60,035 bases of DNA, filler included, from 4 parts of 4 records of this genome joined end to end with filler, not necessarily neighbours in it, one strand, 5' to 3'; shown: positions 10,080 to 20,913, counted from the first letter of the whole stretch. Notes: generated by a model from the letters alone, not told the origin. Translations and numbers: made by a program.

Positions 10080-10318
10080 TAGTTTTATGAGTACAAAATT
10101 TATTTATCACGCAAACTCAAATTAAAACACAGGATAATCAGCTTTATTTTAAACGCCTAAAATCCGCAAGGATTTTTATTAGATCAATATTTTGTGATGG
10201 TCCGGAACTTAAAGCAACATTCATTTAAATGATTTAAAACTCGTTTAATTCGTTCAATTTGATGATGATAAAGAATACGATTGCAGATTTATGGTAAGCG
10301 GTTTAATATTAATGAGTT

Positions 10319-10678
10319 TTAATAAGGCACAACCCCCGAAACAGTCAGGTATTTCACCGTATCTCCAACACTGCTGGCCTGTTTGTAAATCTTACCATCC
10401 ACATAAACCAGAAGTTTTAACGATGAGGTGGAGACGTTATATTTTCCCGACAAATAAACAATTTCACCTTGTTCAAGGATAAAGCTTTTCTGCCATTTGT
10501 CAAGGGCACTTTCGGCTGAAACCGTTTCATTTTGCATATTTCCACCGGCATCACGGTACTGAATTGTAAATGCTGAAGTGGCATCCGTTGCGACATATTT
10601 TACCTGTTTGTTTTCGCGCTTTTCGCAGGAAGCAATTAGTAATGCCAGGATGGCTAGGAGAAATATCGATTTTTTCAT
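10319..10678 (-). CDS. Small lipoprotein, hypothetical
   Basis: Lipobox LIASC; 12 bp downstream of the TonB receptor gene. Confidence 0.75.
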   Translation of the reverse strand: MKKSIFLLAILALLIASCEKRENKQVKYVATDATSAFTIQYRDAGGNMQNETVSAESALDKWQKSFILEQGEIVYLSGKYNVSTSSLKLLVYVDGKIYKQASSVGDTVKYLTVSGVVPY

Positions 10679-10690
10679 GATTTATTTGGT

Positions 10691-13048
10691 TTAGAGGTTT
10701 AAGATGACATTGAGATAGAAACTGCGGCCGGGCTCATAAAGGGATATTTCCGATCCGACAATCCTGCGGTTAAGGTGCTCGTAGTAGGCCTCATCCAGCA
10801 TGTTGTTGATGCCTCCTGCCAGTGAAATGGTTTTGTTGATATGGTACTTCAGGTTGAGACCTGCAAGCAAAAATCCGGGAGTTGCTTTTTCGTCATAGGC
10901 CTGTGAAATCCTTTTTTGCGCTGATACCACCCTCAGATGAATTTGTGGTACAAGGTTACCCTTCAGGAATTTATAATCAAACCTCAGATTTGCTTCAAAG
11001 GGTGGGATTTCAGGAAGCGGGTCATTTTTCACAGTTTCCTGCCCGATAACTTCACCATTTTCATAAATATATTTGATGGCTTCAGGATTATGGCCGGCAG
11101 TGCAGGCTGCCGAAAGGTTCACGCCCCAGTTGAACCGGTTTGGAGAAACCCAGACAAACTCAAATCCGTACATGTAAGCTTCGTCAATATTTTGAAACTG
11201 TTTTACTCCCAAAACCCCCTTTGATTGTGGCATAACCTGCGAAGGAGGTAGTTTAATGCCAGTGATGTAATCGGTAATCCAGGAATAAAAACCATTGAGC
11301 CTGAAACTTCCGGAGCGATCGCAAACATATTTGAGGGTCAGGTCGGCCTGGTGGCTGTTTTCAGGTTTAAGGGAAGGGTTTCCAAGGTAGTCGTAATTAT
11401 CGTATCCCACAGGTAACAGGATGATAAACCGCTCCACCATATCCGGATTTCTCACCCCTCGTCCCAGGGCAAAATCCACTGTGAGCTCGCTGGTAATCTC
11501 GTAATTGATTCCGGCACTGAGGCTTACATTGTAAAATTTTGAATTAACCGTATCATTTCGGTACATTTCGCCGCCCATCATATTTTCAAGCACCATGGGG
11601 TTGCTTCCTGCTTTGTTCAAGTCGAGCCTTGCGGCAACAATCCATTTTAAAAACGGGCCTTGTTCCACCTGATATTCTGCAAAAAATCCCAAATTTTGAA
11701 TGGAAGCATCATTCCACAGGTCTTCAGTTTTTACAGGAAGCCCGGGCTGCATGATCAGATTTTTCACCCGTTGTCCATCTTTGCGAATGTCCTCATAATC
11801 CAGTCCAGCATGCAATTTTGAATATCCCCGTTCAAAGCCGAAATCAGTCCGGCCACCGGTATTTTTAGCTTCGATGGATGAGACGGCCACAACGGTATCA
11901 GAAAATGGCCGCCATTTGTTGTCCATTTCATGATTCACATCTGAGTGATACACTTTTGCGTCTATGGTTCTGAGCAGTGTGTTTTGATTTTTATAGCGAT
12001 AGGTTGCTGCGTAAAGATTAGTTTTGTCCTGGCGCTCATCCATGGGCAGGGTGGGGAATCGGATATCACGCCCCTGCGAATTTTTGTACGAAGCTCTGAT
12101 TTCATGATTTTTTGCCGGAATAAAACCTATCTCTGCAGAATAATTTAACTTCCCGAATTCCGATTTCACCTCATTACCGTTTCCATCTTCGTAGTTACCA
12201 TAATTTTGGTTGTTTCCGGATAAGGCAAAAAATATGCGATCGTTACCACCATAAACTGTAACGTGTTCCTTGTTGCCATTCCAGTTGCTTTCCCATCCCT
12301 TAATGGCTCTGGCCCTGATTTTCCATGATTCAAATGGTTTTGCTTTTTCGGTAACCAGGTTGAGCACAGCTCCAAAGTTTGGCCCGTATCTTAAGGCGTA
12401 GGGCCCTTTCAGAATTTCGACATAGGTAATATCATTAATGTCGATGTGTGAAGCTGCCGGATCCATCCTGTTGGGACATCCACCTTCAATTTTCTGCCCG
12501 CTGTTTGCCTGAACATTCAATTGTCCGAATTTTAACCCGCGAACCACCGGATCGATATTTCCCCCACCTTTCCTTATCCCGTTTACGTTGGGTTCCGTTC
12601 TCAGAAAATCGCCCATATCGCGTGCCGGTAGTTTTTCAATCTGGTCTTGTTTGATCAGATCTTTAATGTAAGTGTCTGAATTAAAGGCTTGTTCGGTTAT
12701 TTCGATACCCTCGATGAGTGTTATATCCGGCTCAATCCTGATTTCGATATATTTTTCTTCCCCGGCTTTGAGTTCAATTTCCCGGCTTTGTGAAACACAT
12801 CCAAGGTGATTGATGTTGAGGGTGTATTTACCAGGTTGCAAATCCGGAAAGCTAAACTTGCCTTCATAATTGGTTGCGGTGCCCAGGTTTATTGGCTGTA
12901 GAAATACCTCAGCCTGTGTTACTTGCTCCCCTGTTTTGTCTGAGATTACTGTGCCTTTTATCACCGAAGTATTTTGCCCAGACAGGTCAAATGAGAAGAA
13001 TAGCACAGTGATACAGCATAACACTGTTGTAGTTAATAATTTCATCAT
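10691..13048 (-). CDS. TonB-dependent receptor, OprC-like (putative copper)
   Basis: CarboxypepD_reg-like N-domain, plug motif GGCPNRMDP (CxxxM), HEM (HxM) motif and YYEHLNR..EPGRSFY C-terminus. Confidence 0.85.
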   Translation of the reverse strand: MMKLLTTTVLCCITVLFFSFDLSGQNTSVIKGTVISDKTGEQVTQAEVFLQPINLGTATNYEGKFSFPDLQPGKYTLNINHLGCVSQSREIELKAGEEKYIEIRIEPDITLIEGIEITEQAFNSDTYIKDLIKQDQIEKLPARDMGDFLRTEPNVNGIRKGGGNIDPVVRGLKFGQLNVQANSGQKIEGGCPNRMDPAASHIDINDITYVEILKGPYALRYGPNFGAVLNLVTEKAKPFESWKIRARAIKGWESNWNGNKEHVTVYGGNDRIFFALSGNNQNYGNYEDGNGNEVKSEFGKLNYSAEIGFIPAKNHEIRASYKNSQGRDIRFPTLPMDERQDKTNLYAATYRYKNQNTLLRTIDAKVYHSDVNHEMDNKWRPFSDTVVAVSSIEAKNTGGRTDFGFERGYSKLHAGLDYEDIRKDGQRVKNLIMQPGLPVKTEDLWNDASIQNLGFFAEYQVEQGPFLKWIVAARLDLNKAGSNPMVLENMMGGEMYRNDTVNSKFYNVSLSAGINYEITSELTVDFALGRGVRNPDMVERFIILLPVGYDNYDYLGNPSLKPENSHQADLTLKYVCDRSGSFRLNGFYSWITDYITGIKLPPSQVMPQSKGVLGVKQFQNIDEAYMYGFEFVWVSPNRFNWGVNLSAACTAGHNPEAIKYIYENGEVIGQETVKNDPLPEIPPFEANLRFDYKFLKGNLVPQIHLRVVSAQKRISQAYDEKATPGFLLAGLNLKYHINKTISLAGGINNMLDEAYYEHLNRRIVGSEISLYEPGRSFYLNVILNL

Positions 13049-13128
13049 TTCATTTTTTTATGGAACAAAATTACATACTTTAAATATGATATTTTTCAGA
13101 AATGTGTCTAAATTAATTACAACGAGGC

Positions 13129-13164
13129 AAAAAAAATCCCTAAAGGGTTTTCCTTCAGGGATTT
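13129..13164 (-). terminator. Intrinsic terminator of fbaA
   Basis: Minus strand AAATCCCTGAAGG...CCTTTAGGGATTTTTTTT. Confidence 0.7.
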
Positions 13165-13188
13165 GAGAGAAATAATATTTTATTTCAG

Positions 13189-14268
13189 TTAGTTGCGATT
13201 CATGCAGTTGAGGTCGTCAAAAGCAATTTCCAGGCGTTTTACCATACTTACCTCTCCTTCGCGCAGCCATTTGCGGGGATCGTAGTATTTCTTGTTGGGT
13301 TTGTCATCACCATCGGGGTTGCCAATTTGTCCCTGGAGGTAGCCTTCATTTTTCTTGTAATAATTCATTACGCCTTCCCACGTTGCCCATTGGGTATCGG
13401 TGTCGATGTTCATTTTGATAGCACCATAACCGATGGCCTCACGGATTTTTTCCTGGGGTGAGCCTGATCCACCGTGGAACACAAAGTTTACAGGGTTTGA
13501 TTCGGTATTGAATTTCTTCTGGATGTACTCCTGTGAGTTTTTCAGGATGGCCGGCTGCAGTTTAACATTACCCGGTTTGTAAACACCGTGTACGTTACCG
13601 AATGCAGCAGCTATGGTAAAACGTGGGCTAATCTTCATCAATTCCTCGTAAGCGTATGAAACCTCCTCGGGCTGGGTGTAAAGTTTTGAACTGTCCACAT
13701 CTGTGTTGTCTACACCATCTTCTTCTCCGCCTGTTATGCCGAGCTCAATTTCCAGGGTCATGCCCATTTTGCTCATACGTTGGAGGTACTTGCTGCAGAT
13801 TTCAATATTTTCTTCAATGGGTTCTTCCGAAAGGTCAAGCATATGCGAGCTGAAGAGCGGCTTACCGTGCTGTGCAAAGAATTTTTCACCTTCGTCAAGC
13901 AGTCCGTCAATCCAGGGCAGGAGTTTTTTGGCAGCATGGTCGGTGTGCAAAATAACAGGTACACCATATAGTTCAGCCATTTTGTGAACGTGCATGGCAC
14001 CTGAAACAGCGCCTGCTATAGCCGATTGCTGATTGTCGTTCGACAGGCCTTTACCGGCATAAAAAGCCGCACCGCCATTCGAAAACTGAATGATCACAGG
14101 AGAATTTACTTTAGCCGCAACTTCAAGTACTCCATTTATAGAGTTTGTTCCCACAACGTTCACAGCCGGGATAGCAAAACTTTCTTTTCGTGCAATTTCA
14201 AAAACTTTTTGTACATCGTCTCCCGAAACAACTCCGGGCTTAACAGCATCTAATACTTTATTTGACAT
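13189..14268 (-). CDS. fbaA: Class II fructose-bisphosphate aldolase
   Basis: ILHTDHAAKKLLPW, FGNVHGVYKPG, VFHGGSG and KKYYDPRKW motifs. Confidence 0.97.
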   Translation of the reverse strand: MSNKVLDAVKPGVVSGDDVQKVFEIARKESFAIPAVNVVGTNSINGVLEVAAKVNSPVIIQFSNGGAAFYAGKGLSNDNQQSAIAGAVSGAMHVHKMAELYGVPVILHTDHAAKKLLPWIDGLLDEGEKFFAQHGKPLFSSHMLDLSEEPIEENIEICSKYLQRMSKMGMTLEIELGITGGEEDGVDNTDVDSSKLYTQPEEVSYAYEELMKISPRFTIAAAFGNVHGVYKPGNVKLQPAILKNSQEYIQKKFNTESNPVNFVFHGGSGSPQEKIREAIGYGAIKMNIDTDTQWATWEGVMNYYKKNEGYLQGQIGNPDGDDKPNKKYYDPRKWLREGEVSMVKRLEIAFDDLNCMNRN

Positions 14269-14309
14269 AATTTTATCTGATTTAGAATTTAACTATCTGA
14301 TTAAGGGTG

Positions 14310-14317
14310 CAAATGTA
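14310..14317 (-). promoter_or_regulatory. Bacteroidota -7 promoter element for fbaA
   Basis: TACATTTG matches TAnnTTTG, about 40 nt upstream of the start. Confidence 0.6.
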
Positions 14318-14464
14318 AGATTTATTGTGTTTTGGTATTGGTAAGGTTGTCTTTAACTAATTGTTAATAATAGGGTTCCTGAAATTTGGAAAAAGGAAAA
14401 ACAGTAACTGTTGAGCGCAAATTATCCAAAAAACAATGAAAAATTTGCATTAAATTAATATTGG

Positions 14465-15529
14465 TCATATGATGTTGTCTTCCAGGAATTTGGAAGTTAG
14501 CCTGGATACAGGATAATTCTGGAGTTCTGAAACCGGAACTTTTAAATAATGATCAGCCATATTCTTTGAGGGTTCTTCAGTTTCGAATACAAAAAATTTG
14601 GCAGTGATTTTTTGATGGGTTAGCTGATGGATAATGGGTTGGGAAATGTTTTTAACAGTAGTTTTCCGATTGTTAACCAATGCGTTAAATTGTGGATGAT
14701 TCAGTATTGTTTCGTTGGATTTAACCGTGTTAAATTCTAATAGTGGAAACTCGTACAGGCCTTTCCAGATGTCGTTTCCGGATCGCTTTTTGAGGAAGGT
14801 AAATGTTTCCGGCCCCTCAGAAAATTTACAGATCAGGTAATAGAAAAATCTTTTCCGGACTTTTATTTTGCCCATTTTCATGGGAAGTTCAGCGACCTTT
14901 TTTTGTTTGAAAGCCAGACAATTTGATGAGAAAATACAACTTTCACAATCCGGATTTTTAGGTTTACACCAGGTGGCGCCAAACTCCATCATGGCCTGGT
15001 TGAATTTACCCGGTTGTTGCCTGTCAATCAGTGTATCCAGGAATTCAGCCATTTGCTTTTTACCCTGCGTAGAATCAACAGCCACCGAAATAGCAAACCA
15101 CCTGCTGATTACCCGCATAACATTGCCATCTATCACTGGCCGGGGCTCATTAAAAACTATAGAAGCTATGGCCGCCGCGGTATAGGGGCCAACGCCCTTC
15201 AGTTTTAAGATCTCATCATAATTATCTGGGAATTTACCATCCAGTTTTTCTACAATGTACTTTGCAGCATGGTGCATATTTCTTGCCCTTGAGTAATAGC
15301 CCAGACCCTGCCAAAGCTTTAGCACCGTATCTTCGTCAGCATTGGCCAGCACATGAATATCCGGGAAATGACTCACAAACCTATTGTAATAAGCGAGGCC
15401 CTGACCAACACGCGTTTGCTGAAGGATGATTTCAGAAAGCCAGATTTTGTAAGGGTCTCGGATTCTGCGCCACGGCAGGTCTCTGTAAGATTTATCATAC
15501 CAGTCCAGTAGCTTCGGAATATTTGGCAT
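14465..15529 (-). CDS. mutY: A/G-specific adenine glycosylase
   Basis: RDLPWR, SEIILQQT, WQGLGYYSRARN, HhH GVGPYTA and Fe-S C-x6-C-x2-C-x5-C motifs. Likely start is ATG 15529 (frame open to 15607). Confidence 0.96.
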   Translation of the reverse strand: MPNIPKLLDWYDKSYRDLPWRRIRDPYKIWLSEIILQQTRVGQGLAYYNRFVSHFPDIHVLANADEDTVLKLWQGLGYYSRARNMHHAAKYIVEKLDGKFPDNYDEILKLKGVGPYTAAAIASIVFNEPRPVIDGNVMRVISRWFAISVAVDSTQGKKQMAEFLDTLIDRQQPGKFNQAMMEFGATWCKPKNPDCESCIFSSNCLAFKQKKVAELPMKMGKIKVRKRFFYYLICKFSEGPETFTFLKKRSGNDIWKGLYEFPLLEFNTVKSNETILNHPQFNALVNNRKTTVKNISQPIIHQLTHQKITAKFFVFETEEPSKNMADHYLKVPVSELQNYPVSRLTSKFLEDNII

Positions 15530-15709
15530 ACGTGTGTTTTTGTACTCTGTTTCAATGGTCAAACCCTGATATTCCGGCAATTGTTCAAACTGGATTTTTA
15601 AACCCAAAAAATGGGTTTTTTGAGGATTACACCATATTCATAGTCTCCATCATACTGATTCACAAATTTTTAAAAAAAAATCAAAATGTTGCTGAATTAA
15701 AAAAAATTA

Positions 15710-15717
15710 TATATTTG
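15710..15717 (+). promoter_or_regulatory. Bacteroidota -7 promoter element for the HU operon
   Basis: TATATTTG, with TTG about 20 nt upstream. Confidence 0.6.
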
Positions 15718-15761
15718 CACGCCTATTTACAAATCTAATAATCAAATCTTTAAATAGTATT

Positions 15762-16052
15762 ATGACAAAAGCAGAAATTGTAGCAGAGATTGCCAATAAA
15801 ACAGGCATTGAAAAGTCAAATGTACAAACCACTGTTGAGGCTTTTATGGACACCATTAAGAATTCAATGGTTAATGGAGAAAACGTTTATTTGCGTGGAT
15901 TCGGTAGTTTTACCATTAAGAAACGGGCGGAAAAAACAGGTAGAAATATTTCAAAGAATACAACCATCATCATTCCTGCTCACAATATTCCGGCTTTTAA
16001 ACCAGCCAAGACTTTCGTGAACGAAGTAAAAGATAATGTAATCGTTAAATAG
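15762..16052 (+). CDS. HU/IHF-family DNA-binding protein
   Basis: MTKAEIV..VYLRGFGSF..KKRAEKTGRNI..PAFKP. Confidence 0.96.
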   Translation: MTKAEIVAEIANKTGIEKSNVQTTVEAFMDTIKNSMVNGENVYLRGFGSFTIKKRAEKTGRNISKNTTIIIPAHNIPAFKPAKTFVNEVKDNVIVK

Positions 16053-16066
16053 AGAGGGATTTTATA

Positions 16067-16156
16067 ATGCCAAGTGGAAAGAAAAGAAAGAGACATAAAA
16101 TGGCTACCCACAAACGTAAGAAGCGTTTGAGGAAAAACAGGCATAAGAAGAAGTAA
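16067..16156 (+). CDS. 29-aa basic protein, AURKAIP1/COX24 domain (bS22/mS38-like ribosomal protein)
   Basis: MPSGKKRKRHKMATHKRKKRLRKNRHKKK*, between HU and RNase G; below the ORF-track size cutoff. Confidence 0.88.
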   Translation: MPSGKKRKRHKMATHKRKKRLRKNRHKKK

Positions 16157-16295
16157 ACCGTATTAACACGAAAAATTATTACATAATGTCTGAATGGGAA
16201 TTTCATCAGGATGTTATGTAATAATTTTTTTTTATGTAAAGTCGTATCGAAATCAACAAAACAAGAGATAGATTTTTTAAACAAAAAGCAAGGGC

Positions 16296-17846
16296 GTGGA
16301 AAGGGATTTAGTAATTAATGCAAATTCCAACGGGGTTGATATAGCATTGCTCGAGGAAAAGCTACTGGTTGAATTTACCAAGGAGAAATCGAACAAAAAG
16401 TATTCAGTTGGTGATGTTTATCTTGGTAAGGTTCGGAAATTAATGCCCGGGCTCAATGCTGCTTTTGTGAATGTTGGATACGAAAAGGATGCATTCCTTC
16501 ATTACCTGGATCTGGGTCCCCAGGTCCGGTCTCTCATAAAATTTACAAGGCTGGCAAGTGCCGGCAAAATAAGTAACCTGCCATTAAGTGAATTCAGGTT
16601 GGAGCAAGATATTGAGAAAACGGGTAAGATATCTGAAGTACTTTCGATAAATCAACCCATCCTGGTTCAGATTGCTAAGGAACCCATATCTACCAAAGGC
16701 CCCAGAATTTCATCGGAAATATCATTTGCAGGCCGTTACCTGGTACTTGTTCCTCTGGCCGACAGGATATCGGTTTCCCAAAAAATTAAAAGCCCTGAGG
16801 AACGCAAGCGCTTAAAGCGTCTCATTAAAAGCATTAAGCCCAATAATTTTGGGGTTATCATACGTACTGCTTCCGAAAACAAAATGGTAGCCGACCTGGA
16901 TTCGGACCTGAAAGAGTTGCTTGAAAAATGGGAATCTATCTCAAAGAAACTCCATAAAGCGGAAGCCCCGAAAAAAATTGTTAGCGAACTTGACCGGACT
17001 TCTGCAATTCTTCGCGACCACCTCAACGAATCATTCAATAATATTCATGTAAATGAGACAACGCTTGCAGAGGAGGTCCGTACATTCATCAAGCATATAG
17101 CACCGGAAAAAGCCTCTATCGTTAAGCGCTATAGTGGATCCAAACCCATTTTTGAGCATTTTGGTATTGATAAACAGATCAAGAATTCCTTTGGTAAAAT
17201 TGTTACCATAAAAAGTGGTGTTTATCTTATCATTGAACATACCGAAGCCCTGGTAGCCATCGATGTAAACTCAGGCCACAGGGTGAACAAACAGAAAAAC
17301 CAGGAAAGCAATTCACTGGAGGTAAACCTTGAAGCAGCCACCGAAATTGCCCGTCAGCTCAGACTTCGTGATATTGGGGGAATTATTGTGGTTGATTTCA
17401 TCGATATGACGGAAGCCAAACACCGCAAGCAGCTTTTTGTGAAGCTCAAGGAAGAGATGTCCAAAGACAAGGCGAAGCATATCATTTTACACCCCAGTAA
17501 ATTCGGACTTGTACAAATCACCCGGCAAAGGGTACGGCCCGCCATGAAAGTGCAGGTACTCGAAAAATGCCCGGTATGTAACGGCAGCGGTGAAAGCAAA
17601 CCTACTGTCCTTATCATCGACGAAATTGAAAACAATTTGCAATACCTGGTTCAGGAACAGAACGAGCGGAAACTCATCATCACAGTTCATCCATTCCTGC
17701 ATTCGCATTTAACACGCGGTTTGCTCTCTGTCAGATTCAAATGGGCCTGGCAGTATAAATGCAAAATATCAATCAAACCTATGTCATCACATCATTTTCT
17801 TGAATACCATTTCTTCAACAAGAACAATGATGAATTGAAGATGTAG
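16296..17846 (+). CDS. rng: Rne/Rng family ribonuclease
   Basis: S1 domain (GLNAAFV), KEPISTKGPR, IDVNSG and LRLRDIGGIIVVDFIDM motifs, CPVC. Confidence 0.95.
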   Translation: MERDLVINANSNGVDIALLEEKLLVEFTKEKSNKKYSVGDVYLGKVRKLMPGLNAAFVNVGYEKDAFLHYLDLGPQVRSLIKFTRLASAGKISNLPLSEFRLEQDIEKTGKISEVLSINQPILVQIAKEPISTKGPRISSEISFAGRYLVLVPLADRISVSQKIKSPEERKRLKRLIKSIKPNNFGVIIRTASENKMVADLDSDLKELLEKWESISKKLHKAEAPKKIVSELDRTSAILRDHLNESFNNIHVNETTLAEEVRTFIKHIAPEKASIVKRYSGSKPIFEHFGIDKQIKNSFGKIVTIKSGVYLIIEHTEALVAIDVNSGHRVNKQKNQESNSLEVNLEAATEIARQLRLRDIGGIIVVDFIDMTEAKHRKQLFVKLKEEMSKDKAKHIILHPSKFGLVQITRQRVRPAMKVQVLEKCPVCNGSGESKPTVLIIDEIENNLQYLVQEQNERKLIITVHPFLHSHLTRGLLSVRFKWAWQYKCKISIKPMSSHHFLEYHFFNKNNDELKM

Positions 17847-18059
17847 ATTTCCAGCCTTAATTTTTCATTTCAACAAAATTGGGTCTTTGGTTCTTTCATT
17901 TCAATCGTGAGATGATTATTTAATCCATGAAGATGCGTCACCGAAAATGCCGGGCAGATAGCTGAGAGAAGAATCTAAAATGGTTACTTTTGCCAGCCTT
18001 AAATCTGGCTGGATTTAGCATTTGAAAATTAGAACAAACAATAAATCAAATCGATACAA

Positions 18060-19055
18060 ATGGAAACAGTTGTGAGCGGCATCAGGCCGACCGGAAATCT
18101 GCACCTTGGAAATTATTTTGGTGCAATACAAAATTTCCTGAAAATGCAGGAGGAGTATAATTGTTATTTCTTTATTGCTGATTATCATTCATTAACAACA
18201 CATCCCACACCACAGGATTTGCATGGCAATGTAAAGCAGGTGTTGGTTGAATACCTGGCTACGGGTATCGATCCTGAAAAATCTACGCTTTATATCCAGA
18301 GCGATCTGCCCGAAACCGCCGAACTTTACCTGTTGCTCAACATGAATGCCTACATGGGAGAGTTGGAGCGGGTTACAACGTTTAAGGAAAAAGCCCGTAA
18401 GCAGCCCAATAATGTAAACGCCGGATTGCTAACCTATCCTTCCCTTATGGCGGCCGATATCATTATTCACAAGGCTAACAAAGTACCTGTTGGTAAAGAC
18501 CAGGAGCAGCACCTCGAAATGACACGTACCTTTGCCCGACGGTTTAACCGGATGTATGATCAGGAGTTTTTCCCTGAGCCAACAGCTTTTAATTTTGGCG
18601 GTAACCTGCTAAAAATTCCGGGCCTGGATGGTAGCGGGAAAATGGGAAAATCAGAAGGTGAGGGCAATGCCATTTTCCTCGCAGAAGAGCCTAAAGCCAT
18701 CAAAAAGAAAGTGATGCGTGCAGTTACAGATGCCGGCCCAACTGAACCAAACTCTCCAAAACCTGAGCCCATTCAAAACCTGTTTTCATTAATGGAAGTT
18801 GTTTCTGATAAACAAGCAATTACATTTTTTAATGAGCAATACAATACCTGTAAGATCCGGTATGGCGATTTAAAGAAACAACTTGCTGAAGATATCATCA
18901 ACTTCACAGCACCATTACGCGAACGTATTAAGGAGGTGGCAGCAGATGAAAGCTACCTGAGAAAAGTGGTGAAAATGGGTGCCGAAAAAGCGCACGAAAG
19001 TGGAGCTAAAACAGTGAAAGAAGCCAGAGAAATCATTGGTTTCAGACATTTCTAA
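18060..19055 (+). CDS. trpS: Tryptophan--tRNA ligase
   Basis: SGIRPTGNLHLGNY, VPVGKDQEQH and KMGKS motifs. Confidence 0.97.
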   Translation: METVVSGIRPTGNLHLGNYFGAIQNFLKMQEEYNCYFFIADYHSLTTHPTPQDLHGNVKQVLVEYLATGIDPEKSTLYIQSDLPETAELYLLLNMNAYMGELERVTTFKEKARKQPNNVNAGLLTYPSLMAADIIIHKANKVPVGKDQEQHLEMTRTFARRFNRMYDQEFFPEPTAFNFGGNLLKIPGLDGSGKMGKSEGEGNAIFLAEEPKAIKKKVMRAVTDAGPTEPNSPKPEPIQNLFSLMEVVSDKQAITFFNEQYNTCKIRYGDLKKQLAEDIINFTAPLRERIKEVAADESYLRKVVKMGAEKAHESGAKTVKEAREIIGFRHF

Positions 19056-19077
19056 AAATTAAAACCAAGCGAAAAAT

Positions 19078-19653
19078 ATGAAAGCATTTCGGACCCTGTT
19101 GATTTTTGTGGTAGGTGGTGCGATCGTGTTTTTTGTTTTCGGATGGTATTCCGGTTTTTTTGCGCGGGCTGAGGTTGAGGTCAGGCGTATTGATCCTTTT
19201 GTGGTTGTTTATGAAAACCACCGAGGGGAATACAATGAAACCATAGATATACAGGAAAAAATAGCCGACAGGCTTTGGGAGGTAGGGATTGATAATTACG
19301 TCAATTTTGGAATTTATTATGATGATCCAAAAACCACAGATCCTGACGAATTAAGGAGTATGGTTGGCCGTGTGGTTGCAAAGGTGCACGAAGAAAAAAT
19401 AATGAGGCGTACTAACGCATTCCTGATACAGGAATTTAAATTGGATCAGGTTGCCGTGGTTGAGCTGCCACTAAAAAACATTTTTTCACTCTACGCCGCT
19501 ATTTATAAGGCCTACCCATTGCTAGAGCAGTATGCTTCTGATCACAACATATCACAAAAACCATTCATCGAAATTTATAATATTCCAGGCAAAATAGAGG
19601 TTATGCTTCCGCTGGATGAAGAATTGCAGCAATTGAACCAACAATGGCCTTAA
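19078..19653 (+). CDS. Membrane-anchored GyrI-like domain protein
   Basis: N-terminal TM segment, HRGEY, FGIYYDDPK and IEIY motifs. Confidence 0.75.
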   Translation: MKAFRTLLIFVVGGAIVFFVFGWYSGFFARAEVEVRRIDPFVVVYENHRGEYNETIDIQEKIADRLWEVGIDNYVNFGIYYDDPKTTDPDELRSMVGRVVAKVHEEKIMRRTNAFLIQEFKLDQVAVVELPLKNIFSLYAAIYKAYPLLEQYASDHNISQKPFIEIYNIPGKIEVMLPLDEELQQLNQQWP

Positions 19654-19680
19654 CCGTTTTTGAGATTAAAATGAACTAAT

Positions 19681-20874
19681 ATGCCACAAAATATTGCAAC
19701 AGCCATAGAACGCGAAAAGGTAGTGCTGGTTGGAATTACCACACAAAAGGAAGAAGAATCGAGGATTGATGAATACCTGGACGAACTGGCTTTTCTTGTC
19801 GAAACTGCCGGTGGTATTCCTGTACAGCGATTTAAACAACGGCTGAATAATCCCGATCCCAAAACATTCATCGGTTCCGGAAAATTGGATGAAGTGCGCA
19901 GTTTTGTGAAAGCCGAGAAAATTGATCTTGTGGTTTTTGACGATGAACTGAGTGGATCACAAATCAAAAATATTGAGAAGATACTGGATAAACGAATCCT
20001 GGATAGGACAGGTTTAATCCTGGATATTTTTGCCAAACGTGCACGTACGGCACATGCCAAAACACAGGTTGAACTGGCGCAATACGAGTATCTGCTTCCA
20101 CGCCTTACGCGGATGTGGACTCACCTTGAGAGGCAGCGCGGTGGTATCGGGATGCGTGGCCCGGGAGAAACCGAGATCGAGACCGACCGCCGGATCATAC
20201 GCGACAAAATTGCGTTGCTTAAGAAAAAGCTTACGCAAATCGACAAACAAATGACCGTGCAGCGTAAGGGGCGTGGGAACATGATCAGGGTTGCCCTGGT
20301 GGGATATACAAACGTTGGCAAGTCCACCATCATGAACCAGTTGGCTAAATCGGAGGTTTTTGCTGAAAATAAGCTGTTCGCAACCCTGGATACAACGGTG
20401 CGAAAAGTGGTGATCGAAAACCTGCCTTTCCTGCTTTCAGATACCGTAGGTTTTATTCGCAAACTTCCGCACGGACTGGTCGAATCTTTTAAGTCCACCC
20501 TTGATGAAGTCAGGGAGGCAGACCTGTTGCTTCACGTGGTTGATATTTCTCATCCTGATTTTGAAGAGCAGATTCATACCGTAAACGAAACGCTGAACGA
20601 GATCAACAGCTCCAACAAACCTACCATGATGATCTTCAACAAGATTGATGCTTATACCTGGGTAGAAAAAGAAGAAAATGACCTGACCGAGCCAACCCGG
20701 GAAAATGTGACCCTTGATGAGTTGAAGAAGTCATGGATAGCCAAAAACAATTCTCCGGCAGTTTTTATCTCGGCAAAGGACAAAGAAAACTGGGATGATT
20801 TTAAAAAGTTGATTTACGATAAAGTGAAAAAGGTCCACATCAAGCGATATCCTTATAATGACTTTTTGTATTGA
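19681..20874 (+). CDS. hflX: GTPase HflX
   Basis: GPGETEIETDRR, VGYTNVGKST, LFATLD, DTVGFI and NKID motifs. Confidence 0.97.
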   Translation: MPQNIATAIEREKVVLVGITTQKEEESRIDEYLDELAFLVETAGGIPVQRFKQRLNNPDPKTFIGSGKLDEVRSFVKAEKIDLVVFDDELSGSQIKNIEKILDKRILDRTGLILDIFAKRARTAHAKTQVELAQYEYLLPRLTRMWTHLERQRGGIGMRGPGETEIETDRRIIRDKIALLKKKLTQIDKQMTVQRKGRGNMIRVALVGYTNVGKSTIMNQLAKSEVFAENKLFATLDTTVRKVVIENLPFLLSDTVGFIRKLPHGLVESFKSTLDEVREADLLLHVVDISHPDFEEQIHTVNETLNEINSSNKPTMMIFNKIDAYTWVEKEENDLTEPTRENVTLDELKKSWIAKNNSPAVFISAKDKENWDDFKKLIYDKVKKVHIKRYPYNDFLY

Positions 20875-20913
20875 TTTTCAAGCAGACACCGAATTTCACA
20901 GCACGGAATTGTC

